64,000 bases of DNA from Balanoglossus misakiensis (taxonomy: Eukaryota; Animalia; Hemichordata). The first letter of the stretch is position 1, and each line of letters begins with the position of its first letter. Below the pieces are notes generated by a model. That model had not been told where the DNA came from. It was given only the letters and a program-made list of their open reading frames with translations, and ran no database searches. This document shows, piece after piece, positions 1-10,859 of the stretch. The stretch is taken from contig CM082582.2 of NCBI GenBank assembly GCA_040954595.2, positions 5,688,303 through 5,752,302 on the forward strand, read 5' to 3'. Position numbers and translations under genes: made by a program.

Positions 1-45
1 ACATATCCTTACGGAGTATTTTCTATTTTAATTATAAATACTTAC

Positions 46-1038
46 AGGTCAATAATGATTGGTCCAGCGATGATGATGAAGCTTTTGCACGTGACCTGAT
101 ATTGCTCTACGGAGATATTCACAAAAAAAACCACAAAATTGATGAAATCTCGCGAAACTTTCTCGCCGCTCGACCGCTCTTCCGAATAAACGTATAGGTC
201 ATTGTAAGTTTTGGGACCGAAATGTTCAATCCAAAGGCGTATTAATGAAAATCACAAGTAACGACCACCGTGCACGGAGTGTAAACCTATGGACCGTTGA
301 TATGTTTTTGACACGAGTTGAAATCACTGAATGACACAGAGAAAAGTCACAACTCACCTGGTAAAAACGAACAGAGTCTTTGCATTGATTTGTCTATACT
401 TTCTTGATAGACCAAACTAAGCTGGTCGATGATACTGACGATCAGTGTACACGCTGAAAATGGGACGATCAGAGACAGAGACCAAAGGTCACAGGTACAT
501 CTTCTACTTCAGTATCTAATCGTCTCTAGTCACGACTGACAACAGTTATATAGGTCAGTCAATCGCACAGATAATATTACGGTATAGGCCCTACTTCAAA
601 ATATTTTTACGTGGTGTCAGAAAACATATCTATTTCCAAAGACGGGAAGAATTAGGAGCTCAATAAAGTTATCAGAATAGCGAGCTTTATTATTGTTGCC
701 GGTAAAATTATTAAAATTAAGATTTCGGTTATGCGGGAAGTTCAAAATCAGCAAGAAGAAACATGCATCGTTTTGAGGGTATCATTATACCTGGTTAGGG
801 GACCGCGATTTTAACAACAGATTTCGCCAGATCGGTCAGTGTATGGGCGTACTGGGGAAGGTACGATGCGGAACCGCCCACTAAACCACCCTACACATGT
901 AGCTATGCCACTATGGTCGGTCTTACCTGCGCAGTCAGTACCCCCGTTGACGTCTCCAAACCGCGAAACGCCCGCTCTCTTCGAAACTGTCAGCGGACAC
1001 GCCAGCAACAGAAGCACGGCTACGTATTTGAAATCCAT
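46..1038 (-). CDS. AOAH: Acyloxyacyl hydrolase, 5' portion (signal peptide and saposin-like small subunit); gene continues beyond the window start
   Basis: Exons 1038-927, 453-358 and 106-46 have GT-AG boundaries and consistent phases. They translate to MDFKYVAVLLLLACPL...DVNGGTDCA/ACTLIVSIIDQLSLVYQESIDKSMQRLCSFLP/EQYQVTCKSFIIIAGPIIIDL, matching the recalled AOAH N-terminus (C..C.L.VS.I.QL...SM.RLCS.LP). Confidence 0.88.
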
Positions 1039-2251
1039 GGTGTGCAAAAAGTCACACGAGTACAAGCTTCGAAATATAAAAATTGTCTGCAGGAGGACCT
1101 CGCTCCTCTAGGTTGCCATCGACAGCAAGCTTCCCAAAGTTTACAAAGTTTGGTCCCCGACTTCTGGACCCTCGATCCAAAGGTAGGTCAGATATAATCA
1201 CGGCGCGGCGTTGCTAAGTCAGTCGATTCCACTTCTAAACCCTGATGACGTAGACAAAGATGAGTACTTGCGTGACTTCCAACAATTACTGTAAATTTTA
1301 TTTTCGTCTTTAAAAAAATTGTCAACCCATAATCATGTGTTGGATATTTCACTGAGATTTTCCTACTCGACTAGCTTCTAACAGTGTTAAATTCACTTTA
1401 AATTAAATCTTAGGAATTCAATTACAGTAAAATAGACGTTCAGTTTTTATGTAAACATATGGAGGCAACAAAATATAAACAAAAACAAATGCAGAACACA
1501 TGATTTGGCACGTGATAGATTTAGCATGTGATAGATTGTACCCGATAACGTGTGTCACAATACTGTCAGGAATATACGATTGCCTGTCAGAAAAACCAGA
1601 TTACTTCTTCAACAATTTTACTTCCACTCCACGTGTAACTTAAATTCGAATTCACAAATAACCGTGAATAAGGAAACAAAATCTGTGGATATGCGAACAA
1701 GGAAAACAACTGTCGCTGTCGCGATAGGGATAATAATCTGATGACTGAATTTCAGGCCCAGGCCGGCTAGGCCCCCGTCGTGGAGTACATGTACAAAAAA
1801 GTTAAAGGGGCTAGGCTCCACTTTCTTGACAGAAATATCCAGCCCTGTGACATAAAATTTGACTTTGCAATATAAGCAAGACAAGCTTCTTAATCTACAG
1901 AAAAGATATTGCTGATCACCTGGTCACTTCCGTAATTGTAGGCACAGAGTTCCTACTGCAGCCGTCAGACCAGAGGCTCTTCATCGATATCGTGAATCAC
2001 ATTCACAGACTGTGCGTGCGGGTCGTCCCATGATATAACTTTGCCTTCATCATACTGTCTTCAGTGACAGACAAAGCAGTACAAATCAGTTGCTATCCAC
2101 GTTTCTCAAACATTATTTTGTTTTCTGACTCATGTGTTCCAAAGGCACCCGGAAAATAGTCTTCTTCAAGCAACTCAGATCACTTCCTTCACTTTGATTG
2201 AGTGACCTCAGGTGACACAGTAGTCATGTGACCAGGGGCCTTACCACAAAG

Positions 2252-5200
2252 ATGGCGGCCTGCAGTAGGTTACTGGGCGAGGGTGTGTTGCTGGCGAGGA
2301 TCGGCTGTGCAACCGCAAGAAGTGTGAGTGGAACCTGGTCGAATTAATAACCATGAGTGTGACTTGTTATTCCTTGAATGTGCCAGCAAAACAGCCACCC
2401 AGATTTTCGATTATTTCAAGCGAAATTCCGAATTTTCGTCTGCAACCTGAACCAACGAGTGATCGACACTCAAAACAGTTCACTGTCTGTATGCTGCAGT
2501 CCAGCTGGAATCTGACAGTAGAGTTGGTTGCACTACATGCATCGTGCAAAAATACACTTTCAATCATTTGCGTCATGGTTTACTACACTTTCGCCGAAAC
2601 ATGATCAGATGTACACAACTACCACCGAGAAGTAGAGCTCGAACCGGACCGAAACTCTTAACCTTTAACCTCTAAACTTCTACAGCAGGGCCATATGTTA
2701 TTTTTGCCAATCAAATGTGTTCGGCTGAGGTCAGTGACCGTGGCATATAAGCAGCACTGAAACGCGTACTTCCATTTTTCCATAGAAAAGAAATTGATAG
2801 ACGTGTATAGAGTTTTATTCTATCTTTCTGATTCACACCATCAGTTGCAGGCAACATGTTTGTGGTCTACCAGGGCAAGGTACTGCACCTCCACTACAAG
2901 TCAGCCGCAAGCAGGTGCAACAGCTTCATCCGAGACTGCAGGCACACATCCGGTGGCTGAGCTTCCCAGTGAGGACAGCTACAGAGAGAGATTTATCCCG
3001 ATATCCAGACGCTCGCTGATGCGGAATCTCCTGCAGGAGGAGGGCTTCCTGTCGGACGCCGAAAAGGCCAAATTTGAAGACTTTGCCATCAGTCTGGATA
3101 CGGCGATAACCAACCATTACCATTCTGTGCTTGTCGAGTTAAAGGTAGGCATTCTTTGATACGCTGAAGTTTGAATTTCCTTCTTTTAACTTTGATATTG
3201 AATGACGTCAGACGCAGTAACGTGGGTATTCAAATTTCCAGCTGACGGGCAACGTGGACTGGTGCAGATGACGACTGTGCAGACAAAACGCCATGAGGCT
3301 GATGAGGCACCATGTCTGATACATGTTACGTGTCTGGTGGTTCTAAAGTATAAACTTACTCAGGCAAACTTTAGAGGATGCTGCCTGCCATGTTATTTGC
3401 CCATCACCTGGAAATGACAATGCCGTGGGTCACGTGGCCAGATCACAAGATTGATATTTAAGAATTCTTTCAGTGAATTTAAATTAACCAGATTCTGTGA
3501 AACTTTATAAATGGGGGGAAACAAAGTTTATAACCAATGATAATTAGTTTTGGACAGTGTCTGGCAGTCAATTCTCATTTTTGTTTTCGTAGACTTTATT
3601 TGATCCGATAAATCCTGACAAGGATACCATGGCAACGAGGGAAGTGAAAAGAAGGGAGAGACTAGATAACGAATTCTGGTTGCTGCAGAAACTAGGACAT
3701 GTGATGGAGAGAGCCAACTTTCACGAACTTCCAAAACACGTCGTGGAAGTGGCGTTGAATGAGCATACAGCTGAGGAAGGAGTAAAGGTGGGTGTTTCTG
3801 TGGCAACATTATGCACACATGTGTGTACAAGACTTGGATACTGTAAAACACTTTATTTTCGCGAGTTAAATTTTTCGCGATATCGAGAGAGGCCACTGTT
3901 TCGCGAGTATTAATTTTCGCATTCTCTTATTTCATTCACTGCAACGTTATCTTTAAAAACAATTCACGCTATTTTGGCTCTCGCGTGTTTGGCGAAAATT
4001 TATTGCTCGCGAAAATAAAGTGTTTTACAGTATATGTAGGCTGCCAAGGAATATGTGTATAGACACAGCTATACTGATGCACATCATACATAATGACAAA
4101 AATCCTCAAATTTCCAATATAACAAGACACGTTCCTCATTCATGTATTTCATAGACCAATTCTTAAAGAAAGTCATGGTTTTACTTTTAGAGTGTTTACA
4201 CCCAACTGTTAAAACTAAATTATTTTGGCTGGACATCAGTCGAACAAGGATAGCAAGGCACATGGATTATTCACACATAGAAAACCAGTCTGAAGGAAAG
4301 TCATATTTTTGGAGATATACAGAAATTAGCAAAATCAGCATGACTATATCATAAGAATTCAGTAATGTAAAACAAAGTTACAGAAAATATTTTTTAGCAA
4401 ATGAAAAAAATCTTCACTGGAAATGTATTTCCCCAACTAGAGGATTTTCCTTGCACAGTTAACATAAGAAAATACATTAGATATTTTGTTTGTGATTTGT
4501 TGCCCAGGTAAGTGTTGATCCGGATAGATACGATGTACTCAGATACTGGGCACTTGGCAGGGAGACACCGGTGATTGTGAACCCCTGGTACAGCAAACTG
4601 GTGAGGGGGGCCGTCAAGCGATTCAGGAAGGAGACGGGGGACAAGAAACCCATGGATCACTACAAACGGGTGGTGGTCGCCGTGCGGCCCAAAACCGAAC
4701 AGAAACTCATGCTGAAAATGTTCAAGGAGGTGCCCGTCAAGGCCCTGGAGCAGCTGCTGCCGGACGGGAAGATCCGCATGACCGTCGTCGACAAGTACAT
4801 CCTGGGCACGTCGGCGGGCCTGGGGGCGCTGGCGGTTCTCGTCAAGGCCGTCTCCTTCATGGCGCACGTGCAGCTGCAGTGGACCCTGCTGGTCGCCGCG
4901 GCGACGGCCGCGGTGGGCGTACAGGCGTGGACCGGCTACAAGAACCGCCACAACCGCTACCTGGCGCAGCTCTCGCGCATGCTCTACTTCAAGAACGTGG
5001 CCAACAACCGGGGGCTGCTGACCCTGCTGGTCGACCGGGCCGAGGACGAGCTCTTCAAGGAGGTCATTCTGACCTACACTTTCCTGCTGACTCGGAGGCC
5101 GCCGTCGCATCTGGAGCGCGGGCCGTCCGCGGTCGCGCCAGCCATTCAAGGCAAGTCGCCATTTCTTGTGACTTCTGTCTGTGTCAGAACATACTGTAAA

Positions 5201-5885
5201 ACGAGTTAATTCCTCTTTTGATATAGCGAAAATTTCCTGTCGCGAAAATGTCCCGTTTTACAGTATGCAGATGTTTAATGAAAGTACATGTAGATCGTAT
5301 ACATGTAATACTTGCATCCAGTCAGAAGCACAGTTGTATCAGTGTCACCCTGAACTTTGTGTACTGTCTATTTTATAATGGTCTTTCTGTGCATGTACTG
5401 AAACCTATGATCTGGATTGCTGCCGTTGTCTTGACTTAGACTTGCAGTATGTTAGCATGCTTGCTGGAAGGTACTGAGCATAGTCAAATGCATTGTTTTA
5501 CTTCAACATTACTATACCTACGGTAATTGTATATAAATTATTTGAACATTTTTGTACAGGTGGCATAACAAGCTTTCACCTGGAGCAGACAGTATCCAAC
5601 TGGGTGTACGAGAAGACCGGTGCTAATTTAGAATTCGACGCCAGCGAGTCGTGCCAACTCCTGCAATCCTACGGCATTCTCTCGCAGAACGAGGAGCATC
5701 TGCTGAGCGTGCACTCCCTGGACGCCGCTCTGCGCAATCTGCCCAGTAGGCCGCCCTCGCTGGTCACCAAAGTGGAGGAGTTCGACCTGGATCTGGAGGA
5801 GGGCTTCGAGAAGCTCTACTACGACAGACAGACCGCGTACAGGGAAGAGGAAAAGAGGTGGAAAATCTTTGGATGGTTCAAGTAG
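2252..5885 (+). CDS. TMEM143: Transmembrane protein 143 (DUF3754 family), 5 coding exons
   Basis: Exons 2252-2323, 2845(or 2851)-3144, 3593-3787, 4508-5150 and 5560-5885 are phase-consistent. Motifs ERFIPISR, LFDPINPD, ANF.ELP, RYWALG, KMFKEVP..ALEQLLP, LYFKNVANN.GLL and RAEDE..KE match TMEM143. Intron 4 has a GC donor. Confidence 0.9.
3839..4032. mobile_element. MITE with TA flanks (Tc1/mariner-type), in TMEM143 intron 3
   Basis: Perfect 25-bp TIRs, CTGTAAAACACTTTATTTTCGCGAG (from 3841) and CTCGCGAAAATAAAGTGTTTTACAG (to 4030), with TA on both sides. Confidence 0.85.
5192..5265. mobile_element. Internally deleted copy of the CTGTAAAAC...GTTTTACAG MITE family
   Basis: TA-CTGTAAAACG...CGCGAAAAT..CCCGTTTTACAG-TA; same termini as the copies at 3841-4030 and 21470-21668. 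Confidence 0.7.
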
Positions 5886-5923
5886 ACTAGTTTATTCTGA
5901 GAGTAGACTGGTTTGATTTGTGT

Positions 5924-6016
5924 TTAACCCTTTCGCCGCCATGGTTCGGTCCGAATCCATTGTTTTTGTATGGTGGATTGAACCTCTATAGAGGGAACTG
6001 GGGGTGAAAGGGTTAA
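5924..6016. mobile_element. 85-bp piggyBac-type MITE with TTAA target-site duplication, in the TMEM143 3' UTR region
   Basis: TTAA-CCCTTTCGCCGCCA...TGGGGGTGAAAGGG-TTAA, element 5928-6012. CCC/GGG termini with TTAA flanks are piggyBac hallmarks. Related copies at 38598, 44404 and 52748. Confidence 0.8.
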
Positions 6017-9000
6017 GAGAAGGGGAAATGCAAGCCTTTGTGAATGTCAAGAAGACTGGATTTTATATCAACTATCTCGTGTTCCAAGCCCAGTGAATTT
6101 ACCAAAGTGCATGTCACACATGTCTTCATTACATTGGTGAGATTCGAAATGAAAAACCAGAAATCAATTTTAGCTGGTGCAGGTGAAGTGATAGCTCAGG
6201 TGTTTATTGATGGTTTGTTTTGTGTGAGGGTACTGTGATCACACGTACATTTGAAAGAATTTTGTAGTGACTCTTGAAACGTGTTAGACTGTAGTCCGGA
6301 TCAGAGAGTGCAGTTCTTTCCATTATCAGACCTCAGATGAAATAAATAAATGTCGCACTCAGTGAGAAAATAAAGTCTGTATTCAGTGAATTAGTCCTGA
6401 ATATACATCGACAAGCGTGAGGCCTGTTAAAAGCAAATGTATAATTTCACTGTCATCAAATGGCTACAGTCAGTGTTGACTCTCTGATGTTCAAATGAAC
6501 ATGATTTTACGACAACATACAAAAATTCAGATACTCATTTCTTTTCCCCATAAATGTGATAATCCTAAGTTTAAATTTAGGAATGGAATAGTATTCACGT
6601 GTGGCCTAAAAGGTGTTTCTTTCATCCTTATTTGTGTTTTACGTGAGATACCATTTGAATGTTGTTACTGAAATATCTATAAAACATTTTACTTTTCAGT
6701 GATCTATAATTTAATATTTCAGGCTCACAAGACAAACTGAAATTGTGTAAATAAATAAAGTGTTGGAAAATGACAAGAATGTTATTTTGTAAAATATTTA
6801 ATTTCAGAATGATGGCCGTTTGCATGGCTTGGTTTTAGGCTTCTTGGTTTTGAGTTGTCAAGAAAAGTCCACATAATCGTTTGTTTGCTTAGCCAAATGT
6901 CACTTTTGGAAGTTTTGAATGTTTATAATGATCGCTAAATCATATTTTTATGACAACATTCTCAAAGAAATTATCCTCATATTATCACACTGTCTAACCA
7001 GGTAAAATACTACCTATCTCAAAAATAGCTTTTAACTAATACTCGTACTTTCACTCATGAAGTTCTTCATTCATAATTGAAAATTAACTGATGGGCTTCC
7101 TATTCTAAATTCATTTGTCGTTCCTTCGTTCTTGAATCTGTATGCTCTATGTAATGTGCTGTACATGTACTCTAAAAATAATCACTTTTGCCAAAAATAT
7201 TTGGCTTATCACTATCACTGTATCAGACTACTTTAAATCATTAGTTTTGCACACAAAAAATTGGGCTTACCTGCTATTTGCTGAAAAGATAAAACGAGTG
7301 TAGGTCTTTGCTGGATGTGGTCATATATTTGGCAACTCAAAACCAGTGTTCACTAACTAACCAGTACATCACACCCCCACACTGATTTCTAATAACAACT
7401 TACATGTAACTGCCATGTTGTAATTTCTGCATCACATTTCCAAACATAATTTCTGCTGCAATTCGTTGCCTGGTTCATTTTGGGTTCAGGTATGTAATTA
7501 TTTTGTTCCTTTGTGGAAAAAAAATAAGTTTGGCTCTTTTCTTGACTTTCTAGTGCAATCACAGATTATTTTTGTTATAGATATGTGTATACTTATTTTG
7601 TTTGCCGGCAAGTTTGGAATCTGCTTCCGCAATGCTGTAAAACTTACTTTGTAGTTCTAAGAACGGTTTGCTTTCAATGCATTGTACTAATTTTCCGTTT
7701 TCTGCACATTATTCTCATCACTCATTAACATTGAGTTTTCCGTAAAACTTTTCCTCGGGATCTGATCTTTCTATTGATATTCTGTTCTCATGGAGAACTT
7801 TTCTAACATGTCAAAAAACGCCTTAAATACTATCAATGTCATCCAACCTATTCTTTTCAATTCTAATGTTTTCAAATGAAAATGTTGAATTTCCCTGCGT
7901 CATAACACTGCTGTCAGTTAGGATTTGTAAAATAAAATTGATGACACAGTTTGTTTACATATTAATAAAGAATATGTCATGTCTACGTGTACATGCAGAA
8001 TGAATATAATGCTGTGATAATTGTTTTTATTTCACATCTCCAGTAGACCATAATCTTCCTTTGAAACAACTTCAAGTAGAGCCCAAATTTAATAAACGAT
8101 ATAGTTTTTTCTATACCTTTTACATAGACCTTTGCATTCTGCAGAATTTACACGGAATCAGAATAAGTTCACATCCAATTTATGAAAACTTTTGCCTGTA
8201 CAGTGTTGCCAAAGTTCTTCCTATAAACTCACCGTAATTGCCCCCCACCCCAACCCGTGCCGTCCGAGCAAGCCTCTCATGTCTTCCTACTGTGACCTTT
8301 GCCCTTTGTGTGTCTCTTCTCAGGTCAGAGGTCGAGACGACAGCAAAGAAGGAACAATAACGCTGCAAACGCAACACCAAGCAGAATCCTCCGTCAATGC
8401 TACCAAGACGTGTGTGAAAAGTAGAGACATCAAATGTATACCCATCACTTCTGTGAAGTACAGTACAGAATGGTTACAGTACAGTAGGCACCTGGTTATT
8501 ATTTGGACGTGGGAGTCGCCTACTGTCAATAGCTGGAGTTAGTTTTTGAGACTTTAATTAATCCCAGTTACTTTAACCTCACTTTAAGCTTAATCATAGT
8601 ACATATTCATATGTATATCCCTAGTCATCCCTTCTTACATATGAAAAGCTATGGGGGAGGGGGTCAGATCATATTATGGTACATACATATATGTGCAGGG
8701 TTGGTGTTTATATCTCTTGTATTTATTGTAGGCTTTTATCAGAGGGAACATGCAAAAAATTCCACCATGCATCTGACAGGTGGTCATGTACTTTTTGTAT
8801 AGTGTACCATATTCCCTTACTCAAAATGGTTGATTGCTTATGGAGATACATAGAAATGGAAATGCACACCCCGAAAATGCACTTTTGATTGTATCAGTGT
8901 GTGTATTTGTCCGTGTATGTACATTTGCATGTATGCAATATGTCATTTGGAGAACCTGTACAGATATTTGTCAACTAATAAATGACAAAGAAGGAAGCCC

Positions 9001-9049
9001 CGAGCGCCCCCATGCGCCCCATTCCCGCCGCTGGCTGCGCCCTTTCCTT

Positions 9050-9065
9050 GGGCGGCCATTTTTTG
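9050..9065. promoter_or_regulatory. YY1-type motif in a CpG-rich putative promoter/5' UTR of the PGBD gene
   Basis: GGCGGCCATTTT within a CpG-rich stretch (~8995-9110). Related ATGGCGG motifs overlap the start codons of TMEM143 (2252), cytochrome b5 (34557) and the zinc-finger gene (41378). Confidence 0.45.
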
Positions 9066-9134
9066 AACTTTAACCGCCGTCGATTGCAGGGGCGCCGGCG
9101 CTGCCGACTGAAATTTACGAATTCTGACAGAAGA

Positions 9135-10859
9135 ATGATGGATCCCGACAGACCAAATGTCGTTGTGAAGAGAGAATTTCTTGATGAAGACTATGAAGCA
9201 GAATTTTTAGGATTTGAAGATGCTGAAACAGCTAGTGACATTGATGTGCGAGAGCTCGATGAAGCCCTCGAGGCGGCGGCTGCTGCCGATGAACTCCAAA
9301 TCAAACCGGAAGTACCGGACGACTTACGTAACATTCCGTGGTCGTCGGAGCTGGAGAGTTTTGATTTGCCGCCGTTTCTTGCTGCGGAATCTGGTCCTAA
9401 CCATGATTTGGAGGTGGGTTCCCAGGCGATACAGTATTTCCATCAGTTGATTCCGTGGAGCTTTATGCAACAACTCGCCGACGAGACAAACAGGTACGCC
9501 GCGCAATGTCAACAAGTCCGTGGACCAGACGAGTGTTGGTATGACACGAAGCCGGAAGAAATGCAGGCGTTTATTGCCGTGAATATTCTGATGGGTATTC
9601 ACTGTTTGCCGGACGTCAGTGGTTATTGGTCCTCTGATGACAGACTACACGTACCGGGCATCGCCAAGATCATGGCGAAGAACAGGTACAAGAAACTTTG
9701 CCAGTACTTGCATGTAAACAACAATGACCTTGACTTGCCCCGAGATCACCCCGACCGTGACCGCATGTTCAAGATCAGGCCCCTGTTAGGCATCGTTAAT
9801 CTGTCGTTTCCGGGTAATTTTGAGCCCTTTCGGGAGCTGTCGATAGACGAGGCCAAGGTTATATTCAAACAGGGGCATAGCTACGTGTCGGCGAAACCGG
9901 ACATCAGGGGTTTTAAGCTGTGGATGATTGCGTGCCCCCGTACGGGCTATTGCTTGAATCTAGCCCCATACACAGGAAAGAAGGATGATGGGCAGGTTGC
10001 CCAGAACGGGCTCGGGTATTCTGTGGTGTGGAACCTCTCCCGCATCTATCATAACATGGGACACATTTTATATTACGGTCACTTTTTCGGTTCAGCCAGA
10101 CTGGCCTTGGACTTGCTCGGGGAAGGGACGCTTTGCTGCGGCACAGTTCGCGCGAATAGAGTGGGTTTTCCCGGTGACCTGCGGAACATCCAGCCTGGAA
10201 TGAACCAGTCGTCTGCTGTTCGCCAGTTTGGGAGGTTGGTCGCTACCACATGTCTTGACACGCGCGCCGTAACCAGCACCCTGTCTACATCATCTCGACC
10301 TGAGTCGACCTCTGTGAGGCGGAGAGGCGGAGAAACTTCCTGCCCCAGGAGTCTCGTCGAGTACAGCATGTTCGTGGGAGGGGTTCATTTCTCCGACCAA
10401 CTGGCGACTTACTATCCGCTGGGCGGCAAGCAGTACAAGTACTGGAAGTACCTGTTCTGGTCCATCATGAACAGGGCCGTCTGCAACGCTTGGATCCTGT
10501 ACAAGATCGCCAACACGCCGTCGCCGAGGCAACGGTACCGGCAGATAGATTTCCGGCTGGACCTGGCGACTCAGCTGGTGGCGGGCTTCAGCGGGAGGAA
10601 GCGACCGGGACACCGTCGGCCGACAGCTCCGGTCTTTCTGCCGGGGTCCGCGGCCGCCGAGGTCTTACCGCGCCACGAGCTGACGCGGGTGGACACCGCC
10701 CGGGGAAAGAAGAACTGTGTGCGCTGTGCCCAGCAGGGAAGGAGGGCCAACTCCGGCCGGGGAATACAGACAACGTGGATGTGCGGCGGTTGTAAGGTTG
10801 CCCTGTGTAAAGTCGACTGCTTCATCAAGTACCACGCGGTTCTGCCGACTGGCAACTGA
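9135..10859 (+). CDS. piggyBac transposable element-derived protein (PGBD4-like DDE domain plus C-terminal Cys-rich domain), probably domesticated and catalytically inactive
   Basis: Uninterrupted ORF, open from 8982, with likely ATG at 9135 or 9138 (~574 aa). piggyBac motifs: ETNRYA, MG...LP...YWS, KIRPL, SIDEA, GFKLW, CGTVRANR, GGV..DQ, KYWK.LFW, NAWILY, FRL.LA..L, and the Cys-rich tail C..C...T.WMC..C.VALC...CF..YH. Confidence 0.92.
   Translation: MMDPDRPNVVVKREFLDEDYEAEFLGFEDAETASDIDVRELDEALEAAAAADELQIKPEVPDDLRNIPWSSELESFDLPPFLAAESGPNHDLEVGSQAIQYFHQLIPWSFMQQLADETNRYAAQCQQVRGPDECWYDTKPEEMQAFIAVNILMGIHCLPDVSGYWSSDDRLHVPGIAKIMAKNRYKKLCQYLHVNNNDLDLPRDHPDRDRMFKIRPLLGIVNLSFPGNFEPFRELSIDEAKVIFKQGHSYVSAKPDIRGFKLWMIACPRTGYCLNLAPYTGKKDDGQVAQNGLGYSVVWNLSRIYHNMGHILYYGHFFGSARLALDLLGEGTLCCGTVRANRVGFPGDLRNIQPGMNQSSAVRQFGRLVATTCLDTRAVTSTLSTSSRPESTSVRRRGGETSCPRSLVEYSMFVGGVHFSDQLATYYPLGGKQYKYWKYLFWSIMNRAVCNAWILYKIANTPSPRQRYRQIDFRLDLATQLVAGFSGRKRPGHRRPTAPVFLPGSAAAEVLPRHELTRVDTARGKKNCVRCAQQGRRANSGRGIQTTWMCGGCKVALCKVDCFIKYHAVLPTGN

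Noticed and set aside
4394-5149. 251-aa minus-strand ORF and other overlapping ORFs in TMEM143 exon 4
   Set aside because: Antisense or off-frame shadow of a GC3-rich exon, with no recognisable motif.
8982-9134. Upstream in-frame extension of the PGBD ORF (MTKKEAP...)
   Set aside because: It overlaps promoter-like CpG/YY1 sequence and has no transposase character. ATG 9135 or 9138 is preferred as the start, although the open frame is used in the fusion hypothesis.
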